Assembly (NCBI GenBank): GCA_010405405.1
Contig: MU004230.1
Span: forward strand, 2,576,627 to 2,640,626
Reading direction: 5' to 3'
DNA: 64,000 nucleotides
Source of the DNA: Microthyrium microscopicum
Taxonomy: Eukaryota
This document shows, one piece after another, positions 23,046 to 34,525 of the stretch (the stretch's first letter is position 1; every line of letters starts with the position of its first letter). A program made the position numbers and the translations under genes. The notes beneath the pieces were generated by a model that was not told the DNA's origin, ran no database searches, and saw only the letters and a program-made list of their open reading frames with translations.

Positions 23046-23984
23046 CGGATGATATACATGTGCACAGAGGTGATATCTAATCCTGATCGGAAAGCGAAGA
23101 ATTATCTATTTTATCAGTACTTTGATTTTGAGGTTGGAGTCATACAATTATTACATTATGCATCTCGAGAATGTGGCATGCAACGTGCCATTTCCAGCTC
23201 CAGCTTCTACCACGTCAGCGTTACGGTCAAGCATGAACATTGCAATGCCAATCACGACCATGTAGAAATGTAATATTCTATATTTCACGAGGAATGAAAT
23301 GACTTGGCCATGTCAAATCGTTCATCGATTCATGTAAAAAGTCATTGATGGCTTTGCAATACTTCAGTGATCAAAATCTGATTTTTGATTGCAGAGTCAA
23401 GTCGTATTGCACAACATCAATTTAGTAGTACTTTCACTTACTCTTCTGCCATACTGCAATAATCTTCGGTCGTAATGGCGCCACAATCTGTAGGTTAAGA
23501 GAGACGGTCCCTCGTCATACAAAGTGGTTGTAGAAATCTCAAGGGCTCGGAAGTTGAAGGATAGATAGACCGCTCTCAAAGCGGCAAGGCAAATTACTAC
23601 TCGATATTAACATGACAGCATCGCTGCTAGTTTCCCCTGAATATGATGTAGCGATATTTCCTCGCTAGTCCTCTAAATGACTTTTGCTTATTGAATCTGT
23701 TGGCTTATTGGTGCTTTGGTAGTGGTGAACGACACTCGTCTCACACGATGAACATGTACACGCTCGTTCCCGGTGTTACTATGCCAATCGAGCCCAGCCT
23801 TGTCCATATAAAGGACTAAGGGTGCAATCAACCAGTATTGATTCTTCGTCACCAGCATAGAGTGGGATAATTTTGTTGCACGTTCTTACTGTTTGTGCTC
23901 CATGATATAAGAGAGTGGTCAGACCGGGCGCTGGCTGAAGTCAGTTTGGAAAATCCTCATACATCCATACCAAGAAAATTCAAA

Positions 23985-24521
23985 ATGAAGTCTGCAATCG
24001 TTCTCTCTCTGCTCACATCTCTGGCCCTTGCGGCCCCATCGGCCTTTGCTCCCATCCACGCAAAGGTTGCTCTCAAGGGAGACACTCCAGAGTCCAAGGT
24101 CGCTGGCACAATCACGCTGTCGCAAGAATCTCCTGATGCCGCAACCACCATCACATACGACATCACTGGCCTGACCCCCAACGCCGAGCGTGGCTTCCAC
24201 GTTCACACCTCCGGTGATATTGCCAAGGGATGTGCTGGCGCTGGTGGCCACTACAACCCCTTCAACAAGGACCATGGCGCACCAACTGACGCTGACCGTC
24301 ACGTCGGAGATCTAGGAAACATCAAGTCTGATGCCAAGGGCGAGGCCAAGGGTACCATCACAGACAAGTTGGTCAAGCTCTCCGGCCCCGAATCTGTTCT
24401 TAACCGCGCGATCGTTGTCCACGCTGGCACCGATGATCTTGGAAAGGGAACGAGTGCGGATTCGAAGAAGACTGGAAATGCTGGTGGTCGACCGGCTTGC
24501 GGTGTGATTACTGCGGCATAG
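23985..24521 (+). CDS. Cu/Zn superoxide dismutase with N-terminal signal peptide, intronless
   Basis: CAAAATG start; signal-like [18 protein letters not shown]; motifs [37 protein letters not shown] and [21 protein letters not shown]-like element at about 23807. Confidence 0.93.
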   Translation: MKSAIVLSLLTSLALAAPSAFAPIHAKVALKGDTPESKVAGTITLSQESPDAATTITYDITGLTPNAERGFHVHTSGDIAKGCAGAGGHYNPFNKDHGAPTDADRHVGDLGNIKSDAKGEAKGTITDKLVKLSGPESVLNRAIVVHAGTDDLGKGTSADSKKTGNAGGRPACGVITAA

Positions 24522-25189
24522 ATGGGCTATGAACCGTCTTGCTGTTTAGCCTTGTGTTGCTGTAGCGATGTTTACGCTTAGTATAGTGGACACGAATATC
24601 AAAAAGTGTAACATTTGGAATGATTCCATGAAGTGAGCATGCTGAGTGAGGTTTGAAAGCCCGAGTTCGTGAAGGCGCGAAGCTGCGAGCTTTATACGCG
24701 TCAAACTGGCCGGCGTTGGGTTACATAAAGCTTTAGAGCAGGATTGAGCAAATAATTTGAGAATAGATGAGGAGCAAGTAAGGTAAAGACAAGATGTGTG
24801 TAGAAGAAATGGTTGAGACCAAAAAGGGTAAGCTCTTCAAGATGACTGGACTGGACTGGCCAACTGTGGGGCATGTCAAGCGGGCAACGGGTCACTCTTA
24901 TTCGGCCAACACTAACCCACTCACTCCATCCCAGCAGACATTTACTCCAGAAGAGAATTTTGATATTGCTTCAATCTTCTTCATCGCCTGAATCCAAACA
25001 AGATTGGTCACTACTACGAGGCCAACACTCCCTACAACCGCGTGTGACGTAGCTGGGTTAGAATCTGATCGGGCACCAGTCGGTAGCAACCCAATTTACT
25101 ACCATCGCCGGTCCATAATTTAATTTTTGCCTGCTCTTCTCTACTATCTCTACTACTCTCTCCAATCTAATACCATACAAATCCACATC

Positions 25190-27502
25190 ATGTCGGACCT
25201 TAACTCCTGGGAAGGTATGTTTGGCCTTGGAATACTTTGACAATCAATGATGATGCTAAACCTCCCCAAGACGACAAAGACGCGCAAGAGGAAAGTCTCC
25301 CTCAGCAAACCCAGCGCATGAACCTTAACAACGCCCAAGCCCCTACCTTCCAACCCGGTGCTGCCACTTTCCAGCCTGGCGCTGCCTCATTTCAACCCGC
25401 ATACTCACAATATCAACAATACGGAGGAGGTTATAACCAACAGCAGCAGTACCCACAATATGGTTATGGTGGCTATGGTCAACAAGGGCAGCAGGGTCAA
25501 CAAGCTCAACAGTTCCAGCAGTACGGTGGATACAACCAACAATATGGCCAATATGGCTACAACCAGCAACAACCCAACTACAATACACAACAAGCGCAAC
25601 AAGCGGCACCAGTAACCATCGCACAACGACCTGGCGGCGCCGACAGCGCTCAAGCTCCAGCAGCCTCGAAGCCGGCAGCGGATCCCTCAGCAGCTCCAAA
25701 GGCCAAAGTTCTGTCCATAGGACTTGATTCTTCAGCGAAAGTAGAGAAGACCGGAGGAACTAAAGTACTGAGCATTGGTGGACCTGCACCACCAAAGCAA
25801 GATTCGTCAAAAGCTGCACCCGAGGCAGGAAATAAAGTCGCCGCTGCTAAAGCGATCGAAAAGACTGGAGATGCTCCAGCAGCAAAATCAAGTGGCAAGA
25901 CCTCACCCGCTCCATCATCAGGGAAGGATTCTCCTGGTCCAGCAGACAAGGCGCCAGTAAAAGATGTCGATGCTGTTGCAAAAGAACAGGAAGCGGATGT
26001 AGACGAGAGCATTCTTGCTGAAGTTTATGGCAAGGAACACGTCAACGTCATCTTCCTCGGTCATGTTGATGCTGGCAAATCTACTCTTGGTGGATCGATT
26101 TTATACGCGACTGGTATGGTAGACGAACGGACGATGGAAAAATATAAGCGAGAGGCAAAAGAGGCTGGGCGAGAGACGTGGTACCTATCGTGGGCACTTG
26201 ATCTCACGAAAGAGGAGCGAGCCAAAGGGAAAACGGTTGAAGGCAAGTTGTTATACATGTTCCGGCTCCATGATATGCTTCTAATATATAACAGTTGGAC
26301 GCGGGTTCTTCGAGACTGAAAAGCGTCGATATTCTATCCTCGATGCTCCAGGCCACAAGACCTTTGTGCCAAGCATGATTGGAGGTGCCTCTCAAGCCGA
26401 TGGTAAGTCTTTCTTAAAGAAAAAAAGAAAGGAGCAGTCATTAATGTAATGATTAGTTGGTGTTTTGGTCATTTCGGCAAGAAAGGGCGAGTACGAGACA
26501 GGCTTCGAAAAGGGTGGACAAACTCGAGAGCATGCGATACTTGCCAAGACGCAAGGAGTCAACAAGCTTGTTGTCGCTGTCAATAAAATGGATGACCCAA
26601 CGGTCGAATGGAGCGAGGCTCGCTATAAGGAGTGTACCACTAAGCTCGCTGCCTTCCTCAAGGGCGTCGGTTACAACCCAAAGACAGATCTCGTATTCAT
26701 GCCAATCAGCGCGCAAACAACCCTAGGTATCAAGGACCGAATACCCAAGGATGTCTGCCCATGGTTCGATGGCCCATCCCTGCTGGAGTACCTCGATGGC
26801 ATGCAAGCGTTGGAGAGAAAACTCAACGCACCTCTCATGATGCCTATCGCCGCAAAGTACAAAGACATGGGAACCATGATCGAGGGCAAGATCGAAGCTG
26901 GTGTACTAAAAAAAGAGAATACATACCTCATGATGCCTAATCGCGAAAAGGTGCATATCTCAGCACTTTACGGCGGTGAAACTGAAGAGGAGATTCCAAT
27001 GGCTACATGTGGAGAGCAGGTGCGACTACGACTCCGGGGTATTGAGGAAGAAGACATCTTTCCAGGATTCGTGTTGTGCAGCCCGTCTCGACCGGTGCAT
27101 TGCGTTCGAGCTTTCGAGGCCCAGATCGTGGTCCTGGAATTGCGCTCTATCCTAAGTGCTGGGTTCAACTGCGTGCTGCACGTTCATAGTGCACAGGAAG
27201 AGGTAACTTTTGCCGCTCTGCTACACAAGCTTGAGAAGGGAACTGGACGGAAGAGTAAGAAGGCTCCTGGATTCGCTACCAAGGGCATGAGTATTATTGC
27301 TCGCTTGGAGGTTATAGGGGGCGCGGGAAGCATTTGCGTTGAAAAGTTCGAGGACTGTAAGTTCTCCGCACTTTCTTACTGACTTAGCGAAGACTGACAA
27401 CTTTTAGATGCTCAACTTGGTCGATTCACTCTGCGTGATCAGGGTCAAACAATTGCCATTGGCAAAATCACTAAGCTGATATTGGATGCTGAGGCAGAAT
27501 AA
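25190..27502 (+). CDS. SUP35: Translation release factor eRF3, 5 exons
   Basis: Starts MSDLNSWEDDKDAQEE; Q/Y/G-rich N domain; GHVDAGKST, DAPGH and NKMD GTPase motifs. Introns 25215-25270, 26243-26294 (GC-AG), 26403-26456 and about 27357-27407; TAA at 27500. Confidence 0.96.
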
Positions 27503-28094
27503 ATGAGGATTTCGCTTGACTGATCCTTCTTGTTTATGTGGACTCTACGAGCTTCCATACGACGCTTCTAGCTCCTCTGCTGCGTTTGCCAATGGACGTT
27601 CTGACAGTTTGACCCTGGAAGCTGTGATCAGCATGGCTTGACAGGTGAGGTTTTGCATAGGACAATACGATATCTGTTCTGCGGCCTCCCGTGATGTACC
27701 AAGGGAGAGTAAATTTGAACCTTCTTGGTTCGGTAGATAAGCTTAACATCCAATGAAGAGGATCCGTACCATTCCATATATTCTATACACGTGTGTCTAG
27801 TCTGCTAAAACTCTGATAGTATCCTTATCAATCCATATATTTTATATCCTAGTTCGATGAAATTGCTGTGGTTAGATAACCACTTTTCAGTTGCCAGGTT
27901 GCCTTCTATCTGCCAGCAAATGCTCACTTTTCCCCTTTATTTGGATCCTCTTTCATCTGATTGCAAACTAGATTCGGCATCCTGCAGACGATGCATAAGG
28001 AAACGATCGTTTCGACAAATTGCTGCATTCTTCTCGCACGCTAGACTACACACTACCCGTCCATTGATGTACCTACCCGCTCGCTGTACACCAC

Positions 28095-28505
28095 ATGCTC
28101 TCGGAGTCATACTCTGATGAACCAAAGGATTTAATATCCCGCCTAAATGTACCGAGGTCTGCGATACATAATTATTATGAAGGACACTTAGAAATTGATC
28201 AATCAACAATTTCCGTCAACGAGTTACGAGATATGGCGGAGGCAAACATCGTCGTTTGCAAAGCCAACGTGGTATTGTGCTACTTGGAGTACTATGCCTC
28301 GGACGTATCAAAGCGCGCTGTCAGATTCTGTAAATTGTCGGATGAAAGCAAAATCCCAGGTATCGGCATTTCTTGCTTTGTCCTACACCCTCATATATCA
28401 AATCATCAAGGGAAACCAGTTGTGCAAACTGAGGGCCAGCAAGCACCAGAGTTGAAACCTTGTGTTTGTATCCTTTCGGAAGAAGGCATATCTACTCCGA
28501 GGTAA
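28095..28505 (+). CDS. Hypothetical 136-aa ORF, possibly one exon of an orphan gene or a relic
   Basis: ATG-initiated ORF with globular-looking composition and a possible donor GTAATT at 28502. No recognisable family. Confidence 0.3.
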   Translation: MLSESYSDEPKDLISRLNVPRSAIHNYYEGHLEIDQSTISVNELRDMAEANIVVCKANVVLCYLEYYASDVSKRAVRFCKLSDESKIPGIGISCFVLHPHISNHQGKPVVQTEGQQAPELKPCVCILSEEGISTPR

Positions 28506-29223
28506 TTTCCAACAATGCATCTATCCATCCACTGATCAGCACCACAGAGTCTTCATGATGACATAGACATGCCTACTTGAGTTTCATGCGACCAGTTGAA
28601 GTAAGATGCCGTCTCTGCGTGCGACAAAGACCCAGACATTATATGTACAGACACACGGATAGGAACTGACCGGTCAATTCTCCTGGGCTTCTCATCCGTG
28701 GGCAGAATCACTCGATAAGCCAGAAGTTGCCCAAAAGTTTTACCTGCAACTGTAATTGTGCTCTGATGAGGAGTACGAATCCGGCAGGCAGAATCAACGT
28801 TTGATACTGGCTAGGCTTTGAGGACATGTCTGCCTTCCATACAAGGAAGACTTGCTAGACATCCGTCGGTAGGAGTTGTTGCTGTCACATATTCCGATGC
28901 CTTCTTCTAGTACAGTTTTTATGCCGAGGATGTGCTAGAACCCAAACGACTTTCACGGCCGCTTGCATAGACTGGTGAAGCAAAGATGTCCACTGCTGGT
29001 TGCACAGGCTGGAGCATTGCGGAAGCAAGCGCTTGGGAATCTGCTTCTGGAATCGAACGATCAGATGAGAATAGCTTGGTTTTAAGCTATCCATATATAT
29101 TGAGCATCACTGGCCGGCTACTTATGGTGTCTGATGTTGAAGATATCTACTTCATCTTTTCCATTTACGCTAAATAATTCTCAAGCATTACCTTGCATTT
29201 TCGTTTGTCTTGCTTTCATAGGT

Positions 29224-30215
29224 ATGGCTTCAGCTCCTGATACCTCTCCGCCGAGGCACGACGTCGAGACATCCCCGAATAGTAGCAGCATTGGCCAGTC
29301 TACTCCTGCCACAGGTTCAGGAGACTCAATACCATCCGCCACCGACGGAAGTGCCCATGGCGGCCGAGTTGAATCAGCGAGCGTTAATTCCAGCAGCAAT
29401 TCTGAATTCACTGATTCTCAGCCTCCTTCGGGCGAGCAGGCTCACCATCGAGTTGGTCCTGAGAGACTACATCATAGAAAGCCCAGTATTGGACTGAGCT
29501 GCATCAGCTGTCAAGAACGAAGGGTAATTTGTACATCACCGCTGCTTACCTAGCCGTCACTAACACATACCAGCAAAGATGCACCCCTAGCAAAAGAGGA
29601 TGTCTTGCCTGTGAGCGAGGTCTCAAGCGCTGCATCTTCGACGGTGCCACAGTTTCTCGATATCAGCAAGACGACAGAAATACCATGGGAGATACGCGCC
29701 GCCCCCACGAGACCTCGCATGCCAGTGTTCCCACTCTGCCTGGAACGGATGGTGACCTTGAGATGGCGTACGACGACAATTACTCGTCCTCAGACACTGC
29801 AGTGCCGCTACTACCCCAACCACCAGCCATGACACTACCGCCGGCAAATATGCTGTATGGCCCGGACGGAGTTATCTACGAAGTTGGGAACAATCAGGCG
29901 GCGCACAGCGCGGGTTGGGGGAGGTTTGCTACAGCTGGCAACACATGCCATCCAGTACAGCATCCGGGATTGGATCCGCGTATGCGAGTGCCACACCAGC
30001 CATCCGGTCAGGGGTATAGCCATGGACCAGAGGTAGAACACTCTAGAACATATTTGCCTGGCTATGAAATCGTGAAGTTTTCTAACAATGTTGTGTTAGG
30101 ACCAGGACCATGCGAGTTGGACCCGGGAGCAGGTGACGAACGAGGTCACAGAGACGATGCTGGAGGCCATCAAGATGATGAGGAAGATGATGAAGGTGAT
30201 GCTCAAGGTAGGTAA
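29224..30215 (+). CDS. Small Zn(II)2Cys6 (GAL4-type) domain protein
   Basis: Removing intron 29524-29573 gives CISCQERRQRCTPSKRGCLACERGLKRC, which is Cx2Cx6Cx6Cx2Cx6C. 3' end uncertain (possible donor at about 30208). Confidence 0.75.
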
Positions 30216-31076
30216 CATTGTTCCAATGATGCCATTTGTGCTTTGTTGTACATGAGTTACTGAATCTAATTCATTGGGCGATATATAGCACGATCTCATC
30301 GATATGGAGTACCCGTCCTCTGCAATGTGTGACAGCCTCAATCTAGGTTAGTGTCTGACCCACGACGCATGGCGATATGAGACAACGCGGTTTGGATATC
30401 GGTATCTGGAATATCTTAGTTTCCATTTTTTGTAAATGTGCCCTCCACTGTTTAAAAAGACCACAACAACAAAAAAGGTAGCATCCGTAGGTTTTTTGAG
30501 TGATTTTTGGTATGACATGTTCTATGACATCGTTTGAAATACCCGCAATATAAGTCATCGCTTCAGGTCGCTTCAAATGTTCTTGTTGAAACCATGCATC
30601 AGTGATATTGTTCTTTCCAAGCATGCTCAAATATGAACACGGGCATCCTAGGCTTGCTCAGAGTTCTGGGACCATTACGCGATGTCAGCTTGACCAACAA
30701 AGTCTGCGCCTGGAATACGGTGATTATCATAAAAATTGTAGACGTTGTTGAAAGACTGGAGGAGGAAGAGCTCAGAGGATGCATGTGATATAGGAGAACT
30801 TGCGCTAGTCCAACTCCGGCCTAGCGCTTGGCCGGCCATGGAATGAGTGAGGAACCACCGCAGGCGTCAGGTTAAGAGCCTCTCAGTTGTTCAGCATATC
30901 ACCAAACCCATTCATCAATCACTCGTTCACACGACAGTATCCTCTCAGCTAATTCTAAATTCCATCAACATACAATATCTTACTATCTCTTCACGAATCT
31001 CCAAAGCCTTCAAATCTCTTCTACTTGCCCAGATCTCCGTCGCCGCGTCAGCCTCCAAGAGGCCGCAACCAGAGGC

Positions 31077-32425
31077 ATGGCTGTAACCAACGGACCGCGT
31101 AAGAGTTTGTAGTCTCTGTCCCAAAGCCTGCGCTTCCCCAGTGCTAACGTATATACCAATAGCTCCGTCTGGAAACCAATCCGCCTCTCGCAATACCTCC
31201 ACCGCCTCTACCGTCATCGACCGCGGTGTGTACACCAAGCTCTATCCATCGGAAGAGAAGAAACAAGTGAAGGTGGTGGTAAAAAAGAAGGTACAACCAA
31301 GCCAAACAGATGCAGGCAACTGGCAAGATAGCAAGGCGTCGAAACCGAAACCAAAATCCTCAAATGCGCAATCCAAGAAATCCGATGCGCGGGGCCCCCA
31401 AACTGTAATCAATACGATTGAGACTCGCATAGCCGCAACATACCCTTCCGGTCTAGCCTTTGAAGAAGCAAGCGATATGATCCAATGCAAGCACTGCAAG
31501 AAACCGGTCTATAAATCTGCCGCGCCAGAACACATCAAGGATTGTCTGCGGAAGAAGCAGGAGAAACTTCAAAAGAAGAAGGAAGCGAAAGAAGCCAAGG
31601 ACGCTGCTCTTCGGAAAGAACGCAATGGAGGAATCTCGCCGGAGCCTGCGGACGATGCTGGAAAAGTTCAAAGCTCGGCGAAGAAGGGCGCAGTAGATGC
31701 AGATGGTGTCACAGGAGCAAAGAAAACTAGCAAGAAGCGCAAGGCTGAGGACGATGGTAAAGGCCCTAATGCGAAGAAAAAGAAGAAGGATGATCCCAAG
31801 CCCAAGACAGCGAAACCAAAGGGCCCAGTTGACGTTGAAAAGCAGTGCGGCGTTCTTCTTCCTAATGGCTCCATGTGCGCCAGAAGTCTGACTTGCAAGA
31901 GTCATAGTATGGGCGCGAAACGAGCGGTACCGGGACGAAGCATGCCGTACGATGTTTTATTGGCTCAATACCAGAAGAAGAATCAAGCCAAACTTCAACG
32001 TAAGTCAAATTCGCTTGCTCAAGTGACCCATATGCTAACCTTACCTTGCAGGTGCTGCTCTGGATGCCAATGCTCCATTACAAGATGATTTTGAGCCACA
32101 AGGCACAGTCGACTCTGACGAAGAACGTGACAAGATCATGGACGCCATCAACGCATACTATCGTGAAGATCCAGTAACAGGAGCTCGGACGATGGGTTCT
32201 CCCCTCGAAACATGGACTAGTGTGCCTGTTCGGAGACGGTATAACTACATCCGCCTTAAGGGCCAAATTCAACAATCAATCGGCGGCGTACATGGGAATA
32301 GACTCTTTGCACCTTCTATGAATACAGGGTCGTATTTAGGCTCTGCTGTTGATTTACCGAGCGCGACGCTGGAGAGTTTTGATGGGAGTCGGAGAGGTTC
32401 GATTCGTAAAGCAAGCATTGGATGA
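31077..32425 (+). CDS. SGF73: SAGA deubiquitination module subunit Sgf73/ataxin-7, 3 exons
   Basis: Zinc finger CKHCKKP...HIKDC and SCA7 domain PVDVEKQCGV...CARSLTCKSHSMGAKRAVPGRS. Introns about 31099-31162 and 32000-32051. Confidence 0.92.
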
Positions 32426-32953
32426 GCAGATCAAGATTTTCATTACAGTTGAGCGTACCTCAAGCATATCGAAATGACTTTTACGACCCAAGTGTTGGGC
32501 ATATTCACGTACTGCTTGGCTATGGACTTCACGACATCGCATGACAAAGGGATTCCATGATAGTCAGATTACTCATTACTCACTCATACAAAGCTTTCAT
32601 ACCCCGCGATTTCAGAAGATTTTCTTCTTCTTCAATGTCTTGGTCAAGCCAAAGCCATCAATGAAAAAAAGAGTGTTCGCCTTAGCCAGAGGTAGTGCAA
32701 TACTGGCCAGACAGTGGGTCCAAGGCATGAGTGAGATGCGTTTTCCCCGAGGTCCCAAAAAATGCCTTATACTAGAGTAGGTTATGTAAGAAGAAGAAGA
32801 AGAGTTAGAGAATCTTGGGCATGATGCTCAGGCTTTATACCCTCTGCCAAGCAGACAATCTTAATGAGAGGCAGTTGCTTATGAGCTTGAAGTACAATGG
32901 GCAAGTACATTAGGAGACAAGTGGTTCGAGATCAGACAAATTCATAGGAAGTT

Positions 32954-34064
32954 TTACTTCAACAGTCCTTCCGCTTTCAAGCCAGAATACAACGCCAACG
33001 CAGACAAAACCTTCCCATCTCGACAGCCCACCTTCCACAAGTCCCTCAGTCGACACAGTTTCAGCGTAATCTTTTCGCCTTCGTCCCTGAGACCTGTCAA
33101 GCTGCCCTCCAAGCTGTCCATTTTATCTCTCTTGATTCGCTTCTCACAGAGGAACATAGGGATGATCTCGTCACAGCCTCCAATCGATGGGTAGACACCA
33201 GTTTGTAGATCCTCTGCGATATTTGGCTTATCGACTTCTGCAGCTGCCTTTGCAGCCAGTTCGCTCATGTTCGTCAACTCGCTTTCCTCAATAGTCAACC
33301 CGCACTCTTCCTTGATCTCCTTCGCCGCGGCGCCTGCAAAGCTTCCATTGTCGACCATACCTGCGGGAAGCTCAGTGAACTCAAGCGACGCTCCTGCTGT
33401 GCGTGGCTGGACGGTTAGTATGACGAATTTATCCTCGTCTGACGTCTCTGGGACATCATCAGGCTGTAGAATAATCTAAATGATTTGTCAGACCACTACC
33501 TCCGTTGAAAACAAGTTCGTGACATACCATCATAGCAACGCTACTTCCACGTAGAAATACCGCACCCGGAAGCCAGTCTTTCTGATCATTGTTGATATTG
33601 GCGTAAATCTTAAGAAATCCAATACGTGCACTACTTCCGCTGCCGAAGAAGTCGACGGCTTGTACTTCGATGGAGCGAAGCTTGTAGGGCGCTTTGTGAA
33701 ATGGATGGTTTGAGTCGGCTTGGAGTGATATAGCTTTGTTCAATCGTTCTGTCCACTCTCGGAAGGGTCTGAACTTCTGTATCTTTTCTTGCGTCAAGCG
33801 TTTTTCTGTTGGAGTGTCTTCGCGGTTGTGGAATGATACTGGGCAGCGAGGATTGTAGCTGGTGAGGTCGAATGTTTCTGTGAGAAGCTTTGATGCTTTG
33901 GCATTTTTCTCAGCGTCAGATGATTTCGTTGATGTAGCCATGTTTCTTGATAGGAGATCGAAGCGTGCTGGTTGCCAAGTTGGTGGTGCTGATGCCCGCC
34001 TAGAGAGATGAGCTCGTGTGCTCCACAGTCGCTTCCAAGAAAGTACCAGCAATGTGTTTTTCAT
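32954..34064 (-). CDS. Nudix hydrolase (ADP-sugar/NUDT14-like), 2 exons
   Basis: LPGAVFLRGSSVAMM; Nudix box PAGMVDNGSFAGAAAKEIKEECGL; PSIGGCDE; TGLRDEGEKITL. Alternative ATG at about 33941. Confidence 0.85.
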
Positions 34065-34525
34065 CAAATGATTTTCGTGTGATTGATTATTGAAGAAAGG
34101 TCCAGCGCTAAGTGACTTGGGCGCCGTAATTATCTATATATGGTCTGTCGTGAAGTTTGGGCGCAGTAATGGTGAGGCCGTAGAGGACTTCAGCAATCGG
34201 CCTCAGGAATTTTTTGTCTGATGCTTTGTTTGCGGTCTTGACGCTTCTGAGTTTTTCGAGAGAATATGTGGAATAGCATAAGTTGTGATGATTCTATGAG
34301 TTTGAAGATGGAAAGCCTAAGATGATTTATTGCTGGCCCTCAACCTCTTGCTCCCATCGCCCCAACTTCATCCATACCGGTACTACTCCCAAGCTCCATG
34401 CTATTATCTACTTGTCCCTGCAACAACGCCGTCTAAATCGAGTTTGGATCAGCTATCTTATGACATATTGAAAGACACACTCAGGCATTAACCGATTAAC
34501 TCAGTATCCGGTGTGGTCACGAATT

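Noticed and set aside
23895..23984. GTG-initiated N-terminal extension of the SOD in the ORF track
   Set aside because: The ATG at 23985 has a strong CAAAATG context and begins the signal peptide, so the upstream part is likely 5'UTR.
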